Shown here: in pieces, positions 56,801-64,000 of the stretch
How positions within the stretch are numbered: the first letter of the stretch is position 1
Layout: each line of letters opens with the position of its first letter
Virus record (IMG/VR): IMGVR_UViG_3300044961_000667
Source: a virus
Lineage: Duplodnaviria; Caudoviricetes
Direction: 5' to 3' (one strand)
DNA length: 64,000 bases
Notes under the pieces: model-generated
Database searches by the model: none
Seen by the model: only the letters and a program-made list of their open reading frames with translations
Told to the model about the DNA's origin: nothing
Program-made: the position numbers and the translations under genes

Positions 56801-56855
56801 CGCGACCCTCATTGTCGTGGAGGGTCAGCAGACCGACGATGTCCTTGAGTCCCAT
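50802..56855 (-). CDS. 2017-aa tail fibre/adhesin-like virion protein
   Basis: About eight repeats of D(V/I/L)G(R/K)xxxxxSG...GxYxIxxxxSxTxVx. Confidence 0.75.
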   Translation of the reverse strand: MGLKDIVGLLTLHDNEGRVEHQGSNLSYLYASRYRTIYQWNNNYAGTAPHVLALPFKMVYLLADDDQSIGHDTFVRGVTNYPDSPTGSTTTMSTVQYAQFRVTGTVGNVPAANIPRVVGGLGAGSAYPGVIASRFGGGDQLVSQVDVPLDYTQIGIVYFHPAHQQGNTVATTAGLSYVTYTNGQFWDFGSTSQHVFSIVRIETGADAGYYFVQNNDLQTNRLWLRNLDGTPFYAQDTASGLLMTAAPGRRAWFNEVGIIPLSVGTVDTAGRYNPRNPAAPYYGDKALRESFIMRFVVEKTGSTEAAVGTEQQGSYSMTLRPFTHGYGALGSAIQDDGFILSDCLFGANGSETIPWLSNFSGGCNGLVLDWDNQRMWFSGTTISNTSALFHWRYKTSEGIREVANYLGNAPQQMLTPTPVMGAGDVVTSMQIGSNFGSGKNWVYVAMFHASGGNAGIIVIKPDLTTLQYGLGDGVPSSVLAGCVIDKTRTRLGTAADASTDGADNVTSASGGFTAADIGRVIKLTGLGADSGTYKISAINSATSVEVQTLVGGAVTFTTQSGGTFEIGDRLYLFFNNNTTGAGKINYMESLAPGTFLTRTVTMTNGANINTRVPGGTGLLYGQPQMCSVDQGTGDVYWLSNDTQQQINKYDVVANTHAFISISNTSLLSPAGGVVQGGANPATNPGTPGVFSAIHVNSKFDDVWVGSDNGIFQIPRSNFAAAAVKRHFGPDNTTYFAGVPLTTGTGNGTTGLSFSTPNMTINATGTPFTAADVGRWIVITGASTAANNGAFPITAFNSSSSVTFTNASGSAQSNYAGTFYVSDKVAPRPDGAYAGSSGNTRYVRAFYEHPDGKMMVYLRPNTNSVGNVGYFSQATQSWAYKGEINPNNSNEAVAFHFDPWGRYFYVHPSAVGSGARYLIAPIEVHYQWDGAKWVPLEHSRESMPLKGNNVPTDGATTSGSATFTGSGFAAADVGKLLRIESGASIGIYRIGVFNSSTSVDLRLLNGKPFSASATAGTLSYTKGGGLFTRPIHSTHQDTMFGVKVRWNRQGGATPPNNEFLGRGGQSRVTATDGSTTSASSTFGGSSFVSGDVGKLLRIESGADADVYKITAFISAASVTLTRMNGRPFSASATAGTLTYSVWDLGTPGSNAGPENITVMLADGLGKDNTQDLSGATYEMFGFKTRFSENFEDKKFVVENPLAVPGSTETKVYYETYARASPQYDAALSHHRALPGAETTNGRQLCDWIQDKYLNNAGGRADMYSSPSADTDWHGRDANSSVMGASVMVDLGKDTEVGFVQIRFKSNTGSGYSFQGLTATFHGLVANLYSAPNSGGTPVASSVVRTSGTANINASGANVTTLTLSSGDFLGAVTTGPNTDGAITAGGNTLVAAASTFVTGDRGKVLKLTAGAGADNGSYRIIAVSLDGSTVTVRNLDQTAKAWGGSASGITYEVRDGVQDEDMIAIPSLGAPTHRLCVDRLLSATSAQVRTGPNATVTNQNYQAVVPTWSLVKRLSFSTEALPPDVKNNGTFFTLNGRNQYDNNDALMYFDLTDLSVAQRTGRWWKWTGIPRFNGDTGQDAAFWWSSFEFYSPSGAKLASSRYTSTDQAQTNADFYFSWLNRVDFLQAANNAMSGVAGFNGNVDLGGASGDTLTLTTGGNKFLGHQVRVPYTDGTTTSPNALNSASAAWVTADVGRFVRFTSGTYSGNFYRIASRVSATQVTLVTPSGGAPALATDAGPMNFTVHEGINAGGTAPDRFAIRRLGAAGDAVTTVGTNQLNSASAAFTDADLGKVVKVTGATADNGGYIIKTVNSSTQVTVSSQLGAAVSFAGGTGGTLEFDSDLREYTIATINDALTTITISENLQPAVTNRPWEIRRPGYDTTSTTTEGSKSARITRPMSTYPLQSGDICQDSRGHYRFFPEDIGSGYARADGSMAGSNGNFVGSGFCSDDVGRLLYVDSGVNKGIYEISVFTSATAITVKNHYTGAAVSFTADAGPVSYRVFGDRRFRLAKYCTGLRA

Positions 56856-56870
56856 TTGAATTCTCGCCCT

Positions 56871-57479
56871 TCAGTAGACCGGGTTCATGCTGAGCTTGTA
56901 CACGACCTCCAACGTCTGAGTCGTGGTCTGCGTCTTGGGCGGCGTCAGGAGCGAGTACGACCAAATGTAAACTGGCCCGAAGTTCACGTCCGTCGACGTG
57001 CCAGTGAAGTAGCTCGTCCAGATGATGCCCAACGTGCGGTTGGATGCTGGCGCCCCGAACGTCGTCGAATACTGCTTGGTGTATGTACTCGGCGTGATGA
57101 CGGGCGTCAGGAGGGACGACAGGAAGGACTGGTTTCCATTCGTCGGGATTGCAGACCTGAAAATGCTCGGAGTCTCCTGGCTCGGAGCAAAGCCAAGCCT
57201 CAGGTTCTGAAGTCCGTTGTCGAACCACGCGCTTCGAGCGATGTCGGTCAGCAGGTTCTCCTGCTTCGTCTGCCACTCCACTTCGCCTGATCGAACGTCT
57301 CGGGCCGTCAGCTCGAACTCGCCCTTCACCTCGAACCCACTGGCCAACACCATCTTGCGATGGGCACTGGGGATCGGACTCCCGAGGTGACTCGGCATTC
57401 GCCCCTGCGCACGCGCCCGGAGGAACGCGTCGACTTCGGCGGGGCCCATCTCCTGCGCGATGTAGGACTTGTTGCTCAT
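56871..57479 (-). CDS. Tail/baseplate protein
   Basis: V.W...QENLLTD...KTQTTTQTLEVVYKL. Confidence 0.7.
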   Translation of the reverse strand: MSNKSYIAQEMGPAEVDAFLRARAQGRMPSHLGSPIPSAHRKMVLASGFEVKGEFELTARDVRSGEVEWQTKQENLLTDIARSAWFDNGLQNLRLGFAPSQETPSIFRSAIPTNGNQSFLSSLLTPVITPSTYTKQYSTTFGAPASNRTLGIIWTSYFTGTSTDVNFGPVYIWSYSLLTPPKTQTTTQTLEVVYKLSMNPVY

Positions 57480-59260
57480 TCCGTCTGAACCACCTTTCCA
57501 GAGTCGACTGGACGATTCGTCGTTCCGTTGGTCACCGACCCGGATTGAGCGCCGCCCGAACCCAGGTTGTTCATATCCGGGTCCTGGGTCGACATCTTCA
57601 CGGGTGCTCGGTTCACGTACGAGAAGTCCTCCAACAACACCTCTCGCATGCCTCCGCCCCAACCCAGGCTGGCGCCTTCCCGGTCGAATCCATCACCATC
57701 GTTACCGAACTGCAAAATCGTCCCGCCGGGCGTGTCTCTGACGAGACCAAACCTGTCGTACAGCACCTCCGACAAGACTCCCGTCCTCATCCCGGTTCGA
57801 CTCAGCGCTTCGGCAAAGTACCCTCGCCCCGAGACCCTGGTGGCGATGGGCACGAAGAATCGGCTGTCGGAGATGGGCGTGGGCGCCGCCATCGCGACGA
57901 CGGCTCCGCCATCGTTGTAGTACGCCAGGTACCCGCCCTCCTCGGAGTCGACAGGTCCGATGACGAAACCGAAGCCGAGCGTCGGATGCTTCAGAAAGGC
58001 CAGCTGCGGGGTGTTCGGCGTCCCCTGGACCACCACCGGCTCCATCCCGCTTCCACCCCACCCAAGGTTGACGATCGTCGGCTCGGTGAGGTTCAGCTTC
58101 ACGGTGCCGAACGTCGTCTGAGTGAAGTCGCTGATCAGCGGCTCGCGCTGTCCACCACCCGACCCAAGCCTCGCTCCGTCGACGTTGTCGACAGACTTGA
58201 TGATGGTGCCCGTGTCCGCGGTGTACGGCATGTTGATCGTCGCCGGGTCGTCGGTCGAGTTCGCCGTCAGCTTGTAGATGCGGTTGCCGGAAACGAAGAA
58301 CACGTAGAGCGTGTCGGTGGCAGCGTCGTAGAGCAGCTCCGGCTGGCCCGTGAGAGACGAGTTGCCGCCACCGACCGTCGTGAGTCGCGTCTCGGAGCCA
58401 AACTGCCCAAATGGCGACTCCTTCACCGCGTACAAGTCCTTGTCGCGCTCGAACACCCACCACCGCACGCCGGCACCCATCTCGGACGTCGAGACCGCCA
58501 AGACGGTGTTCGACGCACTGAGCTTCGTCGTCGTGCTTCGGAGCGCAGCGCGGAAGTACGCGTCGATGAGGTACGCGTGGTAGGGCCTCGCCACGTCGTG
58601 GACCGAGATCTCGTCCAGGAGGCCATCCCAGAACGCCGAGTTCGCTTCCTTCTGGGACCGCCCCACAGAGAACACGGCCGATGCGTTGGCCGCCGGCCCC
58701 GGAACAGGGAATGCCGTCGGGCTGCCATTCAACGTGATGACAGCAGGCGCCTTCTGCACGTTGTCGACGAAGATCTCGACATCGAAGCCTCCGCCATTCA
58801 CCACCCGCCGAACCTGTACGAAGTACGTCTGCCCGGTTCGGATGGTGCCGGCGGCAGTCTGAACGACAACCTCTCCTCCGGCCGCCGTGTGGCGGTACTG
58901 CAGCGCACCGCTCAGCGTCACGTTCAGCGCGTAGAGCGAGTTGTCGCCCGTCGTCGGACCACCACACGAGACGATGCACCTCAGCTGCGAGCCGGCGCCG
59001 TTGTACGTGTTCAACCGCACCCAGCCCATGAGCGTCAGCGAGCCCGTCAACCGCAGAAGCGCTGACGTCACGCTGGCAAACGACGTCGACCCATCGAAAC
59101 GCCTGGCATTGCCGACTCGCCCCGGCAGCGCCCCGTTCGAGTTGGTGACAGCCAGGTTGAGACCGTTGGCGGTCGAGTCGACAGCGGGATCGGTCTCCAG
59201 AGCTTCATCGAAGCCCCAGTACCCAACGACATTCGAGTCGAGCGTGAGCCTCTGGCCCAT
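57476..59260 (-). CDS. LamG/concanavalin-like virion protein
   Basis: VVGYWGFDE...GRVGNARRFDG...WDGLLDEISVHD. Confidence 0.8.
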   Translation of the reverse strand: MGQRLTLDSNVVGYWGFDEALETDPAVDSTANGLNLAVTNSNGALPGRVGNARRFDGSTSFASVTSALLRLTGSLTLMGWVRLNTYNGAGSQLRCIVSCGGPTTGDNSLYALNVTLSGALQYRHTAAGGEVVVQTAAGTIRTGQTYFVQVRRVVNGGGFDVEIFVDNVQKAPAVITLNGSPTAFPVPGPAANASAVFSVGRSQKEANSAFWDGLLDEISVHDVARPYHAYLIDAYFRAALRSTTTKLSASNTVLAVSTSEMGAGVRWWVFERDKDLYAVKESPFGQFGSETRLTTVGGGNSSLTGQPELLYDAATDTLYVFFVSGNRIYKLTANSTDDPATINMPYTADTGTIIKSVDNVDGARLGSGGGQREPLISDFTQTTFGTVKLNLTEPTIVNLGWGGSGMEPVVVQGTPNTPQLAFLKHPTLGFGFVIGPVDSEEGGYLAYYNDGGAVVAMAAPTPISDSRFFVPIATRVSGRGYFAEALSRTGMRTGVLSEVLYDRFGLVRDTPGGTILQFGNDGDGFDREGASLGWGGGMREVLLEDFSYVNRAPVKMSTQDPDMNNLGSGGAQSGSVTNGTTNRPVDSGKVVQTE

Positions 59261-59740
59261 TTACGCCCCCGCGAGGAGGTACGGACCATTCGTGTCGAGG
59301 AAGTTCGGCTCGAACTGGGGGTTCAGGTGGTCCTGGTGGAACACCGTCTTCTCGCGCTTCTGAATGCGCAGCTCGACCCGGTACTTCTTCTGCCACCCCG
59401 CCGCTCCAGCGCCACCCACCACGCAGAAGGACAGATGCTGCTCAGCTGGAACCCAGAAGCAGTTCGGGACGAACTCTTTGCCAGGAGAGAGCTGGAACGG
59501 CATGCAGGCTTCAGGGTTGGCCGGCGCGACCGCCATGGCGTTCGGGTCGGTGCCAATCTCCAGTCCCACCGAGGCAACCTCAGCATCGGCCTCCTTCGTC
59601 AGCCGCAGGAAGGTGCCTCCACCGCAGTTCAGAATCAGGTCGTCAGCCGAGATGGTGCGTTCGACGGACATCCCCGACGCGATGAGCATGCTCCGCAGAT
59701 CGGAGAAGAACAGGGCGACGCTCTGGTAGCTCGACTGCAT
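59261..59740 (-). CDS. Hypothetical virion-region protein
   Basis: Abuts its neighbour. Confidence 0.6.
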   Translation of the reverse strand: MQSSYQSVALFFSDLRSMLIASGMSVERTISADDLILNCGGGTFLRLTKEADAEVASVGLEIGTDPNAMAVAPANPEACMPFQLSPGKEFVPNCFWVPAEQHLSFCVVGGAGAAGWQKKYRVELRIQKREKTVFHQDHLNPQFEPNFLDTNGPYLLAGA

Positions 59741-59837
59741 CGGGTTCCTCCGCCAAGGGCTGTTTACCCCAGGAGTCTCAGGCCAACAAGAAAAGCCCCA
59801 GAGGCTCCGGGGCTGTCGACCAGTCTACACCAGAAGC

Positions 59838-60224
59838 TCAGACAGAGATGGTGACAGTCGGCTCGACGGAGAAGTGACTGCGCTCGACGATGACGTGCAC
59901 GTCGGCCCCCATCATCATCTTGATGTCGTAGACGTAGTCCTGCGGGAAGAGGTTCTGGGTGTCTCCGGGGTCGATCCTCACCTCGAACTTGCCGGGAGTC
60001 GTCGCGTCGCCGTTCTGGGTGATCACGATGCCGAGACCGCCCGTCTTCTTGAAGAAGACCTGATCGACATCCGCATCCGCCTCGACACGCTTCACCCGCA
60101 TCGTGATGGTCGCGTTCTGAATGCTGATGCCGATGTCGACCTCGATCTCCACGACCAGGCTCGTGCCCTGGTACACGGACAGGTCGAACGTCTGAGGCAT
60201 GGCTGGCGGTCTTTTGGTCGGCAT
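59838..60224 (-). CDS. BppU/LtfC-like Ig-fold baseplate protein
   Basis: DLSVYQGT...FEVRIDP.DT..L....YVYDI...F.VEP.VT. Confidence 0.7.
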   Translation of the reverse strand: MPTKRPPAMPQTFDLSVYQGTSLVVEIEVDIGISIQNATITMRVKRVEADADVDQVFFKKTGGLGIVITQNGDATTPGKFEVRIDPGDTQNLFPQDYVYDIKMMMGADVHVIVERSHFSVEPTVTISV

Positions 60225-60237
60225 CTCAGCCCTCTCC

Positions 60238-60390
60238 TCAGCGCTTCAGCTTCACCTTCAACTGCACCTTCATCGTCACCTTCACCCGCTTCGGTCCGCG
60301 CTTGATGCGAACCTTCACCTTCTGCGGCTCGAAACGCACAACCCTGGTCCCACCAGATGCACCCAAGCCCTTGGTGATCAGCAGACTCAC
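60238..60390 (-). CDS. Small basic Val/Lys-rich protein
   Basis: MSLLITKGLG...KVKVRIKR...KVKLKR; GTGA-coupled. Confidence 0.5.
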   Translation of the reverse strand: MSLLITKGLGASGGTRVVRFEPQKVKVRIKRGPKRVKVTMKVQLKVKLKR

Positions 60391-60878
60391 GGCGCCTGCG
60401 TCCTCTCGAACACCTCTTCGACGTTCGGAGCCCCGTTACGGTCGAACAGGTTGAACTTCAACAGCGGAGTCACCTGATCGTCGTCGTACATGATCATCTG
60501 CAGCGTGTTCTTGTCGAGCTTCCAGCGGTTCGTCTCGATCTTCCGAAGCAGCGACACGTCGGACACGAGCGAGTTCAAGGTCGGCTGGACGACAAGATCT
60601 TCGCCCATCATCCCAACAACCCCGTTGCCGTCGGTGAGCTTGTACTCGACGACGTACGCACCCGCGGGAAGCGTCGGCCCCGACCACACGTAACGCCAGA
60701 CGTTGGTCACCCCCACCTGGACCAACGACGTGCTCGGCAAGTCCACCGTCTCGGTCACGCCCGCAAGGTGGTAGACGCGGACCAGTCCGCTCACCACGTC
60801 GAGCTTGGCGGCACCACCAAGGCCGAGCGCCACCGCTTCGAGCACCACTTGAGCTGGGTTCGTCGAGACGATGAGCAC
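60387..60878 (-). CDS. Virion protein
   Basis: C-terminal NRWKLD...YDDD.VTPL..FNL, paralogous to the C-terminus of 47843-48820. Confidence 0.65.
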   Translation of the reverse strand: MLIVSTNPAQVVLEAVALGLGGAAKLDVVSGLVRVYHLAGVTETVDLPSTSLVQVGVTNVWRYVWSGPTLPAGAYVVEYKLTDGNGVVGMMGEDLVVQPTLNSLVSDVSLLRKIETNRWKLDKNTLQMIMYDDDQVTPLLKFNLFDRNGAPNVEEVFERTQAP

Positions 60879-60960
60879 GCGAGGCAGCCCTCCGTCCCCA
60901 CTCTACGCCCATCAGGCCGAACGCCCAAGCGACTCGGACCCAATGGGCGCAGCTGGTCGC

Positions 60961-61332
60961 TTAGCCGGCGACGCCGATCTCGCCTTCGCCCTGGATCGAC
61001 AGCGACGTGGCCGCGGACGCGCCACCGACCAGGAACTGCGTCGAGTCGATGCGCATCATGCCGTACCAGTCGTACGCGCTGTTGGCGGCAACCGAGAGCG
61101 CCTGACCAACGACTTCGGTGCCAGCGGCGTTCGCGCCGCTCGCACCGAGCCACAACGAGAACGTCACGGCGCCCGCCGTCTTGTTCACGATGCGGATGTG
61201 CCGGAGGATGATGTACATCGGCGACGATCCACCGTTCACGCCGCCAGTGGCCGTCGGCGGGTTGAGGATGTTGGTCGTCAGCGTGTTGCTCATCGCGACC
61301 GGGCCGAAGTTGAAGATCTTGTTGGCTGCCAT
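60961..61332 (-). CDS. Virion protein
   Basis: IILRHIRIVN.T...V.FSLW jelly-roll-like. Confidence 0.7.
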   Translation of the reverse strand: MAANKIFNFGPVAMSNTLTTNILNPPTATGGVNGGSSPMYIILRHIRIVNKTAGAVTFSLWLGASGANAAGTEVVGQALSVAANSAYDWYGMMRIDSTQFLVGGASAATSLSIQGEGEIGVAG

Positions 61333-61370
61333 GGTTCAAAGCTCCTGCGTGTTCGAGATGGACTTGGAAC

Positions 61371-61643
61371 TTACCCTGCGATGTCGCTCAGGGTGAGAAT
61401 GTCTCGCGCGTTGTGCACCGCGGGAGCGCCCAACGAGTCGAGCCGCGCCAGGATGGCCGCGTTGATCTTCGCCTTCTGCTGCGTCTCGGAGTCGGTGTTC
61501 GCCACCACCACTTCGATCGACTCCTGGGCCGTTCCTTGCGCCAGCCCCCAGTAGTCGACCAGCAGCACGATCACGCTCTGGTTCGTCGGGTCAGCCGGGT
61601 TGGGGAAACGGTCGGTGATCTCGTTCACGTACGCAGTCGCCAT
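61371..61643 (-). CDS. Hypothetical protein (tail-assembly-like)
   Basis: GAGGA RBS. Confidence 0.55.
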   Translation of the reverse strand: MATAYVNEITDRFPNPADPTNQSVIVLLVDYWGLAQGTAQESIEVVVANTDSETQQKAKINAAILARLDSLGAPAVHNARDILTLSDIAG

Positions 61644-61650
61644 GGCTTCC

Positions 61651-61881
61651 TCAGTCAAACAGATCGGACGGTACAACTCCATCGACAGGACGCTCGATCC
61701 ACCCCGTCATCGAGCCGTCGTCAAGCAGCCAATGCGTCGCCGACAGCTGTTGCACACCCTCGGCGAAGAACACCGACATGAGCGGCTCTGGCCCGCCACG
61801 AATCACGACCGCAGGGAACGGGCCCTGCTTGTCATCCCACATCATGAACCACACCATCTGTCCAACCGTCGTCGTCGGCAT
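61651..61881 (-). CDS. Hypothetical protein
   Basis: GQMVWF..GPFPAVV. Confidence 0.55.
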   Translation of the reverse strand: MPTTTVGQMVWFMMWDDKQGPFPAVVIRGGPEPLMSVFFAEGVQQLSATHWLLDDGSMTGWIERPVDGVVPSDLFD

Positions 61882-64000
61882 CAGTAGTCCGTCTCAATAT
61901 AGAGCCCGAAGAGCGTGTACCCCACAACCGACGACGTACCACCAACCGAGGTGTACCCGTAGAAGTTGAGCGCCGTGGTGTTGCTCGGAATGTCCGTGTT
62001 GACCGAACCCGTAGCCACGGCCCCCGACGTGAGGTTCGTCACCTCGTAGTTGATGGTCGTCGTGTTGGGCGAGCAGAACATCGCCAGCTCGTACACCGCG
62101 GCGCGGTCCGTAGTGGGCACCGCGAACGAATCACCCAGGTCAACCTTGGACGCCGTGCCGGTGCCGTCGTTGTACATAAACTGGATGTTCGTATCGGCCG
62201 CATCCCACCCCATGCCCAGAATGTTCGTCAACGACGACGGCTGCACATCCGTAGGCGCCGCCGTGGAAGCACGGAATCCAGTGAATGCACGATGCGTCGC
62301 AGTCGCCACTCCCGTCGCAGCGCCCCACCGACACACATAATGGAAGCCACCAAGGCCCGCCGCGTTACCCGTCCACCACTGCTGTGCAGCGCCTCGAAAG
62401 CCAGCGACAGCAGTCGTTGCCGCAGTCGTGACGAGGTAGTCGATTCGGCGCATCGACTGATACAGATCGGTCGACGCCCAGTTGGCAGCCGTAGCCGTGC
62501 CGGTGGCCGTCACCGCAGCACCAAAGGCCGAAACCGTCGTGCTATTGCCATTCGGCCGCACGATGGCGATCGCGTTCCGTCCGAAGTGCGGCTGAAGGGA
62601 CGTGCCAAGTCCCGACGGACCCAACTGCGCCGTCATCATCCGGCCGCCGAACTTCCTCGCGAAGACGGTCAGCTTGTCAGTGGCCGGCGTAGTCGGAGAG
62701 GCATCAAGCGACAGCACAGGCGAGCCGCTGGCGGCCACTTCCATCTTCGATGCGCCAGCGAGTGCGCCAGCGTTGTTGTACTGCACCTGGCCCGTCGAGC
62801 CACCAGCGCTTGCCGTGCCGGCTGCTCCAGCAGGACCAGGCGGGCCCATCTCGCCGTCCAACCCGTCCTCGGCGACGAGGAAAATGGCCGGACCAACCGG
62901 ACCAGTCGCTCCCGTCGGACCAGTAGCTCCAGGCGCCCCCGGAGGGCCAGGCTCACCGTCGATGCCGTCTTCGGCAGTCAGGTAGACGGCGGGCCCGACT
63001 GGACCCTGGGCGCCCGTTCCTGCTGGCCCCGTCGGCCCCTGTGGCCCTTGCGGCCCCTGCGGCAACACCCCGAGGTCGATGTACGACGCCGGGTCGTCGA
63101 ACAGCATGTGTGAGCCGGCCGGCGGTCCAGAGCCGATCGCAACATCGGCCACAAAAGCCAACGACGTCACCCCCACCACGATGGTGCCCTGCGTGTTGAG
63201 CCGCCACCGCGTGTGCGCGTTCGATGTGCCTGCGCTCACCGCAACCAGAATCTCCGGAACCACCGACTCCGAAGTCCAGTCGGCCGCGTAGCTCCAAGCC
63301 CCACTGGCGACTACGTAGATGCCGTTGGCAGAGCCCGTCGTCTGATTCTTCAACAACACTCGGTCGCCGGCCGCCAGCGCCACACCATCGATGGTGAGCA
63401 ATCCCGACAACGTACCAACGTTGACGGTCGACGCGGCACGCACGGGGCGAACCATGCCAGTCTGCGCCGACGCAGAACCAGGCAGCGAGTTGAACGCCTG
63501 GGCCGCGGTGGTGAACGGGTTCGTCGCAACGTACGAATACCCCTTCGTCGCCATGACATCGTCGAGGTCGCCCTTCGACGTCACTGGGGCCGTGATGTCG
63601 ACGTACGGCCCCTGGGCAAACGAATCGAGCACCAACGAGCCAGGGACCAGCAACGACAACGCCCCCAGCGACGGGTCCGCCTGCCTGTAGCGGAAAGTCG
63701 GAGTCGCCCCGTTGACAGGCACACTGGGGCCAGCCTCCACTGTCCACGTTCCAGCACCACCAGGATTTGTGAGGTTTCGCCCGTTGCCAGAGCCGTCACT
63801 CAGCATCGAGCCCAGCGACTGCAACGAATAGTACGACCAGAGATTCGTCGTACTAACCGGATCGAGCTGCGTACGCTCCACATCCAGTTCTTCGAGCGTC
63901 AGAGCCCGAGACCACGTCTTGATGCCGGCGGCGTGTCCATCGTTGCCGATGTAGCCGATGCCGAAGAGCGTGCTCGTGAAGTTGGCAACGTTGGTGCCGG
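61881..64000 (-). CDS. Tail fibre with LamG, GDRVLLKNQ and collagen-like segments (5' partial)
   Basis: Frame open to the window edge; IDGV.L..GDRVLLKNQT..S.NGIY; [10 protein letters not shown]. Confidence 0.75.
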   Translation of the reverse strand, partial: GTNVANFTSTLFGIGYIGNDGHAAGIKTWSRALTLEELDVERTQLDPVSTTNLWSYYSLQSLGSMLSDGSGNGRNLTNPGGAGTWTVEAGPSVPVNGATPTFRYRQADPSLGALSLLVPGSLVLDSFAQGPYVDITAPVTSKGDLDDVMATKGYSYVATNPFTTAAQAFNSLPGSASAQTGMVRPVRAASTVNVGTLSGLLTIDGVALAAGDRVLLKNQTTGSANGIYVVASGAWSYAADWTSESVVPEILVAVSAGTSNAHTRWRLNTQGTIVVGVTSLAFVADVAIGSGPPAGSHMLFDDPASYIDLGVLPQGPQGPQGPTGPAGTGAQGPVGPAVYLTAEDGIDGEPGPPGAPGATGPTGATGPVGPAIFLVAEDGLDGEMGPPGPAGAAGTASAGGSTGQVQYNNAGALAGASKMEVAASGSPVLSLDASPTTPATDKLTVFARKFGGRMMTAQLGPSGLGTSLQPHFGRNAIAIVRPNGNSTTVSAFGAAVTATGTATAANWASTDLYQSMRRIDYLVTTAATTAVAGFRGAAQQWWTGNAAGLGGFHYVCRWGAATGVATATHRAFTGFRASTAAPTDVQPSSLTNILGMGWDAADTNIQFMYNDGTGTASKVDLGDSFAVPTTDRAAVYELAMFCSPNTTTINYEVTNLTSGAVATGSVNTDIPSNTTALNFYGYTSVGGTSSVVGYTLFGLYIETDY

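Overview
GC-rich segment of a large tailed phage or prophage, with almost all genes on the minus strand. The first ~2 kb looks bacterial: a LexA C-terminus, a 5-hmdU-kinase/aGPT-pyrophosphorylase-like gene and a MazG C-terminal domain. It joins in frame to the N-terminus of what looks like a phage methyltransferase. From 2.2-36 kb lie dense small accessory genes, including a DUF6948 gene followed by five Gly/Asp-rich paralogous peptides, a small protein ending in PPVTGG, a collagen-like lipoprotein, an SNase, J-domain/RyR/HAD/SWIM proteins and putative head-internal proteins with shared leaders. From 36.4-46.1 kb is a translation module: 39 tRNAs covering all 20 amino acids, a tRNA-like gene with a CUA loop, tmRNA, a PTH2-like gene, several structured spacers, a boxA-like site and an attenuator-like leader. 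From 46-64 kb are virion/tail genes. Best candidates for new biology: (1) free-standing endonuclease genes inserted into tRNA or protein genes while carrying a diverged replacement of the part they disrupt (at least 6 cases, 4 in tRNA or tRNA-like genes); (2) possible ribosome-sensing control of tRNA supply (leader-peptide attenuator upstream of the array, and a Lys-codon mini-ORF gating tRNA-Lys folding); (3) the DUF6948 plus GPH...WTDIxMP peptide array. Several frameshifts sit on homopolymers, so the sequence probably contains indel errors. Family names are from recalled motifs, not from database searches.
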